Shown here in pieces: positions 8,747 through 17,947 of a DNA stretch of 32,000 nt. The notes below the pieces were generated by a model that was given only the letters and a program-made list of their open reading frames with translations, was not told the DNA's origin and made no database searches. Where the stretch lies: NCBI RefSeq assembly GCF_017876815.1, contig NZ_JAGIOS010000001.1, positions 300,001 through 332,000 of the forward strand. Direction: 5' to 3'. Source of the stretch: Sinorhizobium meliloti. GTDB lineage: Bacteria > Pseudomonadota > Alphaproteobacteria > Rhizobiales > Rhizobiaceae. Position numbers and translations under genes: made by a program. The first letter of the stretch is position 1. The number at the start of each line of letters is the position of its first letter.

Positions 8747-9923
8747 CCCCGCTCGCACCCCGGTCGTTATCGCCGCGCTGCGGACGCCGGTCGGCCGCGT
8801 CAACGGCAGCCTTGCTGCGGTCGAACCGGCACGCCTTGCCGCCTTGCTGATCGAAAGGATCATTGCGGATACGGGCATCGACCGGGCAGAGATCGACGAC
8901 GTGCTCGTCGGTAATGCCGCCAACAGTGCCGGCAATCTCGCGCGCCTGGCCGCGCTCGAGGCAGGATTGCCCGTCGCAATTCCGGGCGTCACCGTCGACC
9001 GTCAATGCGGTTCGGGGCTGGAGGCGATTGTCCTTGCGGCCCGGCAGATCCAGGCCGGCGCGGGGCGCTTCTACCTTGCCGGGGGCACCGAGAGCGCCAG
9101 TCGCGCCCATATCCGCCTTCGGCCCCCGCTCACGCGCGGCGAAGAGCCTCAGCCGGTCAAGCGCGCGCGGATGGCTCCCGACTCGATCGGCGATCCGGAT
9201 ATGGGCGTTGCGGCGGAGAACGTCGCGACTGCCTGCGGCATCTCGCGTGAGCGGCAGGATCGTTTTGCGCTCGAAAGCCACCGACGCGCCGTTGCGGCCG
9301 AAGCGGAGGGCCGGTTCTCGCGCGAGATCGTGCCCGTGCCGACACCAGAGGGGCCGATCGCGAGGGACGAATGTCCTCGCGCAAACGCCTCTGCCGAGAC
9401 GCTCTCGCGACTGAGGCCGGTTTTCGTTGCCGGCGGCACCGTCACCGCCGGAAATGCCTGCCCGGTCAATGACGGCGCGGCGATGGTACTGATGACGAAC
9501 CTCGCGGAGGCGCGGAAGCTCGGTGCGCGCTTCGGCCTCGCTTTCACCGATGCTGCGACGGCCGGCGTCGAACCGAAGCTGCTCGGCCTCGGCCCCGTCC
9601 CCGCCATGGCGAAGCTTCGCGCGCGCAATCCCGCGCTCGATGTGGCCCGCGTCGATTTCATCGAATTCAACGAGGCCTTTGCCTCGCAGGTTCTCGGGAG
9701 CCTCGACCAGCTCGATATCGCACCCGAACGCGTCAATCGCGACGGCGGCGCGATCGCGCTCGGCCACCCCTATGGCGCTTCCGGCGCCATTCTCGTCGTC
9801 CGGCTGTTTTCGCAGATGTTGGCGGCTTCATCCCCGGCCGAGGGGCTGGCCATGATGGGCATCGGCGGCGGCATGGGGATCGCCGCCCACTTCAGCAGCT
9901 GCAGACCGGATCAGGCGGCATAG
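8730..9923 (+). CDS. thiolase-family protein (acetyl-CoA C-acyltransferase-like), atypical C-terminal active site
   Basis: VDRQCGSGLEA (nucleophile Cys), NEAFASQ and GGAIALGHPYGASG are present. The final signature reads GLAMMGIGGGMGIA, where thiolases normally have C-x-G-G-G. Start is TTG at 8730 (GGAGAA upstream) or TTG at 8709; either overlaps the ligase 3' end. Confidence 0.85.
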   Translation: MNASSDPARTPVVIAALRTPVGRVNGSLAAVEPARLAALLIERIIADTGIDRAEIDDVLVGNAANSAGNLARLAALEAGLPVAIPGVTVDRQCGSGLEAIVLAARQIQAGAGRFYLAGGTESASRAHIRLRPPLTRGEEPQPVKRARMAPDSIGDPDMGVAAENVATACGISRERQDRFALESHRRAVAAEAEGRFSREIVPVPTPEGPIARDECPRANASAETLSRLRPVFVAGGTVTAGNACPVNDGAAMVLMTNLAEARKLGARFGLAFTDAATAGVEPKLLGLGPVPAMAKLRARNPALDVARVDFIEFNEAFASQVLGSLDQLDIAPERVNRDGGAIALGHPYGASGAILVVRLFSQMLAASSPAEGLAMMGIGGGMGIAAHFSSCRPDQAA

Positions 9924-10312
9924 CCGGCGAGCCATTCCCGGGTGGGGCCTGGCAGCTGTACCGGTTGATGGCGGGCACGGTCGACGGCCACCCAGACGAT
10001 CTCGACCTCGGCAGCAAGCTTGTCGCCGGTCTCGACGCGCACGGCAAAACCTATCGAGCTGCCGCCGATCTTCGCGACGGTGACCGTAAAGCGCGCGGGC
10101 TCGTCGAAGCGCAGACCGCGATGGAAGATGCAGGCGGAGCGGCGGACGAGATAGGCCGGTTCTTCCGCGATTGCCGGCCGGTGCCGCCAGAGATTGGCAA
10201 GTGCGGCCTCCGCATGCGCATAATAGGCCGCATTGTGCATATGGCCGTGCATGTCTATATCGCGGAACGGAATGCGAATTTCCGTGACATTTTCCCGCTC
10301 TGTGCCGTCCAT
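9911..10312 (-). CDS. acyl-CoA thioesterase, 4HBT/YbgC hotdog family
   Basis: FRDIDMHGHMHNAAYY matches the DxxxxGHVxNxxY-type hotdog motif. Start set to the ATG at 10312 (MDGTERENV), preceded by GGGGAGC; the track start at 10447 is an upstream extension. Confidence 0.8.
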   Translation of the reverse strand: MDGTERENVTEIRIPFRDIDMHGHMHNAAYYAHAEAALANLWRHRPAIAEEPAYLVRRSACIFHRGLRFDEPARFTVTVAKIGGSSIGFAVRVETGDKLAAEVEIVWVAVDRARHQPVQLPGPTREWLAGYAA

Positions 10313-10325
10313 GCGAGGCTCCCCG

Positions 10326-11294
10326 ATGCGCTCCACACTCGTTAGACAGTTTGGCGACCCCGGACAAGTCATCGAGCTCGTCGACGCACCCCGCCCTGCC
10401 CCAGGCACGGGCGAAGTCGAGGTCGAGATATCGCTCGCGGCAATCAATCCTTCGGACCTGATCCCCGTTACGGGCGCCTATAGCGCGCGCACCGCCCTGC
10501 CTTTCGTCCCCGGCTTCGAGGGCGTCGGCATCGTCAGGCGCGTCGGGCCGGACGTGCAAGGTTTCAAGGCCGGAGACCGGGTCGTCCCGATCGGCGCGAG
10601 CGGGCTTTGGCAGCAATTCCTCCTCCGTCCGGCCGAGTGGTGCTTTCACGTGCCAGGCGGGATCGAGGACGCACAGGCAGCGATGAGCTATGTCAATCCG
10701 CTAACGGCGTTGACGCTTGCCGAAGCGCTGCGGGAGCATTTCGGATCGCTCGAGGGCATGGATGTCGGCGTGACCGCGGCGGGCTCGGCCATCGGCGGCA
10801 TGCTGATGAAGCTGCTTGCGCTCGAAGGCGCGGTGCCGACGGCCATGCTTCGCAGCGACAGAAGCCGCGGCCGTCTCGGCGAGACACACCGGATCCTGGT
10901 GGCCGACAGCGGCGACGGCCTTATGGGCAGCCAATTCGATGCGGTGCTGGACGCCGTCGGCGGCACGCTGGCGGGCGAACTGATCGGGCGGTCCATCCGC
11001 CCCGGCGGGACCTTCATCCAGTATGGAGCGCTCAGCGGCGCACCCGTGCCGCAGACGGCGATCAGCGGCCGGCCGGACATACGCTTCGCCTTTCTTTGGC
11101 TGAGAACCTGGGTGCATTCCGCCGGCCGGGAGGCACTCGAAGCCGCTTTCCTGCGCAGCTTCGCCGGGCTGCAGAGCGGCCTCTTTGCCAGCCCTATTGC
11201 CGCCACCTACCCCTTGAGCCGGCTTGCCGACGCCCTTGCGCATCAGGCCGACCCGCGTCGCGACGGCAAGATCCTGCTCGATCCGCGCTGTTGA
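10326..11294 (+). CDS. zinc-independent MDR-family NAD(P)H oxidoreductase (quinone / 2-enoyl-thioester reductase-like)
   Basis: MRSTLVRQFGDPGQVIELVD...INPSDLIPVTGAY..., with nucleotide-binding AAGSAIGG. Start at the ATG at 10326, preceded by GAGG. Confidence 0.8.
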   Translation: MRSTLVRQFGDPGQVIELVDAPRPAPGTGEVEVEISLAAINPSDLIPVTGAYSARTALPFVPGFEGVGIVRRVGPDVQGFKAGDRVVPIGASGLWQQFLLRPAEWCFHVPGGIEDAQAAMSYVNPLTALTLAEALREHFGSLEGMDVGVTAAGSAIGGMLMKLLALEGAVPTAMLRSDRSRGRLGETHRILVADSGDGLMGSQFDAVLDAVGGTLAGELIGRSIRPGGTFIQYGALSGAPVPQTAISGRPDIRFAFLWLRTWVHSAGREALEAAFLRSFAGLQSGLFASPIAATYPLSRLADALAHQADPRRDGKILLDPRC

Positions 11295-11356
11295 AAATCG
11301 GCAGTTTCGCGTCGCCCACCATGGATTTTGACAGGCATGCGCACTAGTTTCGCCGG

Positions 11357-12286
11357 ATGACCACGCATCTCTACGAAAACCCGGTCTTCCTGAAGCACGA
11401 GGTCCCGGAAGGGCACCCCGAGCGGCCGGATCGGCTGAAGGCCTTGAATCTTGCGTTGGAGCATCCGAATTTCGCGGATCTCGAGCGGCTCGAGGCATCG
11501 AAGGGTGACGAAAATCTGGTGTTGCTCGCCCACACCGAAGAGCACCTGCTGGGGATCAAGCGGGACATTCCGGACGAGGACATCAACCAGATCGAGTCCG
11601 ATACCTATGCAAGCCCGCAAAGCCTCGAGGCCGCGTTGACCGGTATCGGCGGTGCTGTGGCGGCCGTCGACGCGGTCTTCGCCGGCGAAGCGGACAATGC
11701 CTTCGTGGCAGCCCGCCCGCCCGGCCACCACGCCGAGAAAAACAGGGCCATGGGCTTCTGCTTTTTCAACAATGTAGCGATCGCCGCGCGCTACGCGCAG
11801 ACGGCGCATGGTGCGGAACGTGTTGCCATCGTCGACTGGGACGTCCACCACGGCAACGGCACACAGGACATTTTCTGGGACGACCCGTCGGTGCTCTTCT
11901 GCTCCACGCATCAGATACCGCTCTATCCCGGCACCGGTGCCAAGGACGAGACGGGCGTCAGGAACAATGTCGTCAATGCGCCGATTTCGCCCAACAGCGG
12001 CAGCGAGCATTTCCGCGATGCCTTCCGATCGCGCGTGCTGCCCGCGCTTGAAAATTTCCGGCCCGATTTCCTTCTGATTTCCGCCGGCTTCGACGCCCAC
12101 CACCGCGATCCATTGGCCCAGATCAATCTCGTCGGCGAAGATTTCGACTGGGCGACGGGTCGCCTCCTAGACGTTGCCGGCAGGAGCGCCGGAAACCGCA
12201 TCGTCAGCCTGCTCGAAGGCGGTTATGACCTGCAAGGGCTCGCCGAGTCGGCCGGCCTGCATATTCTGAGATTGATGAGAGGGTAA
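11357..12286 (+). CDS. histone deacetylase-family (acetoin utilisation / acetylpolyamine amidohydrolase-like) protein
   Basis: GHPERPDRL, ARPPGHHAEKNRAMGFCFFNN, DWDVHHGNGTQ and EGGY motifs. Confidence 0.9.
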   Translation: MTTHLYENPVFLKHEVPEGHPERPDRLKALNLALEHPNFADLERLEASKGDENLVLLAHTEEHLLGIKRDIPDEDINQIESDTYASPQSLEAALTGIGGAVAAVDAVFAGEADNAFVAARPPGHHAEKNRAMGFCFFNNVAIAARYAQTAHGAERVAIVDWDVHHGNGTQDIFWDDPSVLFCSTHQIPLYPGTGAKDETGVRNNVVNAPISPNSGSEHFRDAFRSRVLPALENFRPDFLLISAGFDAHHRDPLAQINLVGEDFDWATGRLLDVAGRSAGNRIVSLLEGGYDLQGLAESAGLHILRLMRG

Positions 12287-12289
12287 TTC

Positions 12290-12541
12290 ATGAACAACAA
12301 TGCGCAACCGGACGTTTCCGCCCTCTCCTTCGAGCAGGCCGTCGAGGAATTGGAACGTATCGTTTCGGCGCTTGAACGCGGCGACGTCGCACTCGACAAA
12401 TCGATCGAGATCTACGAGCGCGGCGAGGCCCTGAAGAAGCACTGCGAGGCCCTGTTGAAGGCGGCAGAGGATCGTATCGAAAAGATCCGCCTCGACCGCG
12501 CCGGCCGGCCGCAGGGAGTCGAGCCGCTCGACGCGGAGTAG
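12290..12541 (+). CDS. xseB: exodeoxyribonuclease VII small subunit
   Basis: 83 aa. [41 protein letters not shown] is classic XseB. RBS GAGAGGG. Confidence 0.9.
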   Translation: MNNNAQPDVSALSFEQAVEELERIVSALERGDVALDKSIEIYERGEALKKHCEALLKAAEDRIEKIRLDRAGRPQGVEPLDAE

Positions 12542-12555
12542 CCTTCATTCCAGGC

Positions 12556-12627
12556 GAGATTCGCCCCCTCATCCGGCCTGCCGGCCACCTTCTCCCCGCG
12601 GGCGGGGCGAAGGGACAAGCGGCACGC
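12556..12627. repeat. short GC-rich palindromic intergenic repeat, same family as the 24.2-24.5 kb copies
   Basis: Contains GGCCTGCCGGCCACCTTCTCCCC, compared with GGCCTGCCGGCCATCTCCCCC at 24468-24488. Imperfect hairpin CCTTCTCCCCGC / GCGGGGCGAAGG at 12588-12613. The reverse frame reads ...RGEKVAGRPDEG..., compared with ...VGEMAGRPEGV... for the other copies. Confidence 0.6.
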
Positions 12628-12757
12628 ATCGGTGCAAAAGTCCCTCTCTCCGCTTGCGGGACTCGGAACAGGAAACGCTCCGTCTCCCGATTGCCGCTAC
12701 CGAACCGGAAGCACTGAGGGTAATCTTCAGTGAATGCCACCAACCGGAGCGCCTGCC

Positions 12758-13681
12758 ATGTCCTTCTTTCCCGGTCCCGATCCGCTCGCCGGAGACAAGC
12801 CCGCCTGCGACGCAATCGAGCATCTGATCATCCCGCGCACCAGCGATATCGGCGGCCTGCAGGTCAGGCGGGCGCTGCCGACCGCGAAACGCCGGCTCGT
12901 CGGTCCTTTCATCTTCTTCGACCGGATGGGCCCGGCGCTGCTGCGTGCCGGCCAGGCGATCGACGTCCGCCCGCATCCGCATATCGGCCTTTCGACCGTC
13001 ACCTACCTGTTCGACGGCGAGATCAAGCACCGCGACAGCCTCGGCACCGAAATGGTCATTCGCCCGGGCGACGTGAACCTGATGACCGCCGGGCGCGGCA
13101 TCGTGCATTCGGAGCGCTCGCCGGAAAACCAGCGCGGGCACGAACGCTCGCTTTCAGGACTGCAGACCTGGCTGGCGCTGCCCGACGCCATGGAGGAGAT
13201 CGATCCGGTCTTCGCGCACACCGAGGAGCGTATGCTGCCGCATCTTGCCGACGGCGGGGTTCGCGCGCGCGTCGTCATCGGCCAGTTCGAAGGGGCGGCT
13301 TCGCCCGTTTCCACCTTTACCGATACGATCTATGTCGACCTCATGATCGAGCCCGGCAAGAGCGCGCCTTTCGCGGCCAACTGGGAAGAGCGGGCGCTCT
13401 ACATCCTTTCCGGCGAAGCGATCATCGCCGGCGACCATTTCGACAACAATCAGCTCCTCGTATTTCGTCCCGGCGACGAAATCACCATCACCGCAGGGCC
13501 TGCAGGCTGTCATGTGATGCTCTTCGGCGGGGCAGCGCTCGGCTCGCCGCGGCATATCTGGTGGAATTTCGTTTCCTCCTCCAAGGAGCGGATCGACAAG
13601 GCAAAGGAAGAATGGCGCACGGGACGCTTCGATATCGTGCCGGGAGACGAGGAAGAGTTCATACCCTTGCCCGCAAGCTGA
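12758..13681 (+). CDS. pirin family protein
   Basis: RPHPHIGLSTVTYLFDGEIKHRDSLG and the bicupin layout. Start at the ATG at 12758, preceded by GGAG. Confidence 0.9.
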   Translation: MSFFPGPDPLAGDKPACDAIEHLIIPRTSDIGGLQVRRALPTAKRRLVGPFIFFDRMGPALLRAGQAIDVRPHPHIGLSTVTYLFDGEIKHRDSLGTEMVIRPGDVNLMTAGRGIVHSERSPENQRGHERSLSGLQTWLALPDAMEEIDPVFAHTEERMLPHLADGGVRARVVIGQFEGAASPVSTFTDTIYVDLMIEPGKSAPFAANWEERALYILSGEAIIAGDHFDNNQLLVFRPGDEITITAGPAGCHVMLFGGAALGSPRHIWWNFVSSSKERIDKAKEEWRTGRFDIVPGDEEEFIPLPAS

Positions 13682-13877
13682 TCTCCGTCAAGCTCGCTTT
13701 CAGGCGTTGGATCGCGGTGCGGCGGAAAACCGCGCAGGTTTTCCTCATCCCGCACTTGGTTGAAGCCGCAGGAAAGCCTAATTTTGCATTCAACGGCGAT
13801 TACCTCTAATAAAGAGCCGTTCCGACGACCCATCAACAATGCGCGCGCCTGTCTCCGGCGCGCATGAGGCATGCAGC

Positions 13878-15815
13878 GTGACACAACTGCCAACCAACCC
13901 GATGCCGGCAACTCCCCTGCTCGATAAGGTCGACTATCCCGACGATCTGAAGAAGATCGACGACAGGGACCTGCCGCAGCTGGCGGCCGAATTGCGTGCC
14001 GAGATGGTCGATGCCGTGTCGCGCACCGGGGGGCACCTGGGCGCGGGCCTCGGCGTCGTCGAACTGACGATCGCAATCCACAAGATCTTCGACACGCCGC
14101 ATGACCGTCTGATCTTCGATGTCGGACACCAGTGCTATCCGCACAAGATCCTGACCGGCCGGCGTGATCGCATCCGCACCTTGCGCCAGGAAGACGGGCT
14201 CTCGGGCTTCACCCGGCGGGCGGAAAGCGAATACGACCCCTTCGGCGCAGCACATTCCTCCACCTCGATCTCGGCCGGTCTCGGCATGGCTGTCGCCGCC
14301 GAACTCGACGGCAAGAGCCGCAATGTGATCGCGGTGATCGGCGATGGCGCGATGTCGGCCGGGATGGCCTTCGAAGCGCTCAACAATGCCGGCGCGCTCG
14401 ATGCGCGCCTCATCGTCATTCTCAACGACAACGACATGTCGATCGCACCGCCGACCGGCGCGATGAGCGCCTATCTGGCGCGACTCGCCTCCGGGCGGAC
14501 CTATATGGGCATTCGCGAGGTCGGCAAGAAACTCACCGCTTATCTCGGCAAGACCGTCGACCGGGCGATCACCCGCGCGGTGGAGCATGCCCGGGGTTAC
14601 GTCACCGGCGGCACGCTATTCGAGGAGATGGGTTTCTACCATATCGGCCCGATCGACGGACACTCCTTCGACCACCTGCTTCCGGTCCTGCGCAACGTTC
14701 GCGACAATGCGAAAGGCCCCGTCCTGATCCATGTGGTCACGCAGAAGGGCAAGGGCTATCCGCCGGCCGAAGCCGCGGCCGACAAGTATCACGGCGTCAA
14801 CAAATTCGACGTGATTACCGGGGCTCAGGCGAAAGCCAAACCCAACGCCCCCGCCTATACCTCCGTCTTCGCGGACGCGCTCACGCAGGAGGCGAGCCTC
14901 GACGACAAGATCGTCGCGATCACCGCCGCCATGCCGTCCGGGACGGGCCTCGACAAGTTCGCGTCGGTGCATCCCTCGCGCTGCTTCGATGTCGGCATAG
15001 CCGAGCAGCATGCCGTGACCTTCGCGGCCGGCCTTGCGGCGGAGGGATACAAGCCTTTTGCGGCGCTTTATTCCACCTTCCTGCAGCGCGCCTATGACCA
15101 GGTTGTCCACGACGTGGCCATCCAGGGGCTGCCGGTCCGCTTTCCGATCGACCGCGCCGGTTTCGTCGGCGCCGACGGGCCGACCCATGCCGGCTCCTTC
15201 GACACGACCTATCTGGCGACACTGCCGGGCTTCGTCGTCATGGCGGCGGCCGACGAGGCGGAACTGAAGCATATGGTGCGCACCGCCGCGGCCTACGACG
15301 AGGGTCCGATCTCGTTCCGCTATCCGCGCGGCGAGGGCGTCGGCGTCGAGCTGCCGGAGCGCGGCGAGATCCTTGCGATCGGCAAGGGCCGGATCGTCAA
15401 GCAAGGGAACAAGGTGGCGCTGCTTTCCTTCGGCACACGGCTCGCCGACTGTCTGCTGGCGGCGGAAGACCTGGATGCGGCCGGCCTCTCGACGACCGTC
15501 GCCGACGCCCGCTTCGCCAAGCCGCTCGATCATGATCTGATACGCCAGCTTGCCCGCCATCACGAGGTTCTGATCACCATCGAGGAAGGGGCGGTCGGCG
15601 GTTTCGCAAGCCACGTCCTGCAGTTCCTGGCGGAAGAAGGCCTCATCGACGGCGGCCTCAAAGTGCGCCCCATGGTGATGCCCGACATCTGGATGGAGCA
15701 GGCAAAGCCGGAGGCGATGTATGCCCGTGCCGGGCTCGACCGTGCCGGCATCGTGTCCACCGTCTTCAAGGCGCTCGGCCAGAAGCACGGCGTCGGCCTC
15801 GGCGCCGCCGGCTGA
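13878..15815 (+). CDS. dxs: 1-deoxy-D-xylulose-5-phosphate synthase
   Basis: [31 protein letters not shown] and [18 protein letters not shown] (TPP motif). GTG start at 13878 (VTQLPTNP...) follows GAGG and gives 645 aa; the track start at 13839 is a probable over-extension. Confidence 0.95.
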
Positions 15816-15866
15816 GCCGTCCAAGAGTTCGCTTGCATTGCGCGGCGGGACGCGCGATGACGGCCC

Positions 15867-16622
15867 ATGTCCCAAGACACACAGATGACGATCCGCCTCG
15901 ATCAATTGCTCCTGAACAGGGGCCTGGTGGCCAGCCGCGCCCGCGCCCGTGACGCGATCCAGCGGGGAACCGTGAAGGTCGACGGCCGCACCGTGACCAA
16001 GCCGGCTTCGACCTTCGCGCAAGGCGTGACGCTCACCATTGACGATCCGGCGCAGGATTATGTTTCGCGTGCGGCACTGAAACTCGTCGCGGCGCTCGAT
16101 CATTTCGGCCTCGATCCATCGGAGCAGACCTGTCTCGACGTCGGGGCTTCGACCGGCGGCTTTACCGAGGTGCTGCTGAAGCGCGGCGCCGCGCATGTGG
16201 TCGCCGTCGATGTCGGCCACGGTCAGATCCATCCGCGCGTCGCCGAAGACCCGCGCGTGACGAATATCGAGGGCTTGAACGCCCGGTCCATGACGCGCGG
16301 CGACATCGATGAGCGCGCCATCACTTTCATCGTCTCGGACGTCTCCTTCATCTCGCTGAAGCTGGCGCTGCCGCCGGCCCTCGGCCTGGCCGAACCGGGC
16401 GCCTGCTGCATCCTGCTCGTCAAGCCGCAGTTCGAGGCCGGCCGCGATGCGATCAGCAAGGCCGGGCTGCTGAAGGATCCGGAGAGCGCTCCGGCGGTGG
16501 CAGCCGAACTCGAGCGGTGGCTTGTCGAGGACATGGGCTGGCGAAGCCTCGGCCTGATCCCCTCGCCCATTGCCGGCGGTGACGGCAACAGCGAATTTCT
16601 TCTGGCGGGGCGCAAGCCATGA
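15867..16622 (+). CDS. tlyA: TlyA-family rRNA (cytidine-2'-O)-methyltransferase
   Basis: S4-like N-terminus RLDQLLLNRGLVASRARARDAIQRGTVKVDG and the SAM motif LDVGASTGGFTEVLL. The start could instead be the ATG at 15885. Confidence 0.88.
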   Translation: MSQDTQMTIRLDQLLLNRGLVASRARARDAIQRGTVKVDGRTVTKPASTFAQGVTLTIDDPAQDYVSRAALKLVAALDHFGLDPSEQTCLDVGASTGGFTEVLLKRGAAHVVAVDVGHGQIHPRVAEDPRVTNIEGLNARSMTRGDIDERAITFIVSDVSFISLKLALPPALGLAEPGACCILLVKPQFEAGRDAISKAGLLKDPESAPAVAAELERWLVEDMGWRSLGLIPSPIAGGDGNSEFLLAGRKP

Positions 16623-17866
16623 GCACCGGGACCGTGACCATCGATCGACTCGGCGCCCAAGGCGACGGCGTCGCTCGGACGGAAGCCGGGCCCGTCTTTG
16701 CACCGTTCACGCTCCCCGGCGAAACCGTCTCGCTCGCGGTCAACAAGGCGAACGGGACGCTGATCTCGCTGAAGGAGGCTTCCCCGGAGCGGGTGGAGCC
16801 GCCATGCCGGCATTTCGGGCCGGACGGCGTCAACGGGACGTGCGGCGGCTGCACGCTGCAGCACGCATCCGACGCGCTCTACCACGCCTTCAAGCGCAAT
16901 CTCGTCATCGACGCCTTGAGGTCGAAAGGGCTGACGCCGGAAGTCGGAGCACTCATCATCGCACGGCCCGGCGATCGCCGCCGCGCCGCTTTCACCGCCC
17001 GGCGGACGGAAAAGGAACTGCTGCTCGGCTATAACCAGATGCAGAGCCATCACATCGTTTCGATCGGCGAATGTCCCATCACCAGCCCGGGCATCGTCTC
17101 GCGGCTGGCGACCATCCGCAAGATCGCCGCGGCCATGGCGTCGAGCGCCGAACCATTCCGTATCACCGTGCTCGAAACCGATACCGGCCTCGATCTCGCC
17201 TTCGAGGGACTGAAGCTCAGCGACCCGCAGCGGCGCTCGGCCGTCGATGCCGTTCTTGGCGAGCGGGGTATCGCGCGCGTCAGCTTGAATGGCGAAATCG
17301 TCGTCGAGCCGCTCAAGCCTGCGATCGATTTCGACGGCGTGACGGTTTCGCCGCCGCCCGGCGCCTTTACCCAGGCGACGCGGCCCGCCGAGGACGCCAT
17401 GGCGAAGCTGGTGCTGGCTCACGTCGGCAAGGCGAAGCGCGTTGCCGACCTCTTCGCCGGCATCGGCACTTTTGCGCTGAGGATTGCACGAACGGCACGC
17501 GTTCACGCGGTGGAAGGCGACGACAGGGCGGTGAAGGCGCTGGATTTCGCCGCACGCAACACCCAGGGACTGAAGCCGGTGACCGCCGAGAAGCGCGATC
17601 TTTTCCGCCGGCCGATGATGGCGCAGGAATTGAAAGCCTTCGACGCCGTGGTCTTCGACCCGCCCCGCGCCGGCGCCGAAACGCAATGTCACGAGCTTGC
17701 CCGGTCCGGCGTGAAGAAGATCGCCGCCGTCTCCTGCAATCCGGTGACGCTCGCGAGGGACCTTTCGATACTGACCGCAGCCGGTTATCGCATTACGGGG
17801 GTGACGCCGATCGACCAGTTCCTCTGGTCGGCCCATGTGGAAACGGTAGCGACGCTCGAAAAGTGA
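16619..17866 (+). CDS. class I SAM-dependent RNA (uracil-5-)-methyltransferase, RumA/TrmA-like
   Basis: TRAM-like N-terminus, Cys cluster CRHFGPDGVNGTCGGCTLQH, and a C-terminal FDPPRAG...VSCNP methyltransferase core. Its ATG overlaps the tlyA TGA (ATGA). Confidence 0.85.
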   Translation: MSTGTVTIDRLGAQGDGVARTEAGPVFAPFTLPGETVSLAVNKANGTLISLKEASPERVEPPCRHFGPDGVNGTCGGCTLQHASDALYHAFKRNLVIDALRSKGLTPEVGALIIARPGDRRRAAFTARRTEKELLLGYNQMQSHHIVSIGECPITSPGIVSRLATIRKIAAAMASSAEPFRITVLETDTGLDLAFEGLKLSDPQRRSAVDAVLGERGIARVSLNGEIVVEPLKPAIDFDGVTVSPPPGAFTQATRPAEDAMAKLVLAHVGKAKRVADLFAGIGTFALRIARTARVHAVEGDDRAVKALDFAARNTQGLKPVTAEKRDLFRRPMMAQELKAFDAVVFDPPRAGAETQCHELARSGVKKIAAVSCNPVTLARDLSILTAAGYRITGVTPIDQFLWSAHVETVATLEK

Positions 17867-17904
17867 AAAAGGCCCGGTGACGAACCGGGCCTTGTTAGTT
17901 TTAC
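17866..17904. terminator. bidirectional rho-independent terminator between convergent genes
   Basis: AAAAA-GGCCCGGT-GACGA-ACCGGGCC-TTGTTAGTTTT. The minus-strand reading gives hairpin plus TTTTT for the chemoreceptor gene. The plus-strand reading gives a weaker U tract. Confidence 0.75.
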
Positions 17905-17947
17905 GATTCCAGACGGAAACCGCTGCACATTTTTCTTGGAATTGCCG

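Noticed and set aside
13682-13877. Riboswitch (for example TPP) in the dxs leader
   Set aside because: No conserved riboswitch core, such as the CUGAGA/ACCUGA TPP blocks, is visible. Only simple hairpins are present.
14616-16703. 695-aa ORF on the minus strand (also 13833-14588 and 16223-17836, minus)
   Set aside because: Antisense to dxs, tlyA and the RumA-like gene, all of which have unambiguous family motifs. The translations are Arg/Gly/Asp/His-rich with no recognisable domains. These are typical high-GC shadow ORFs.
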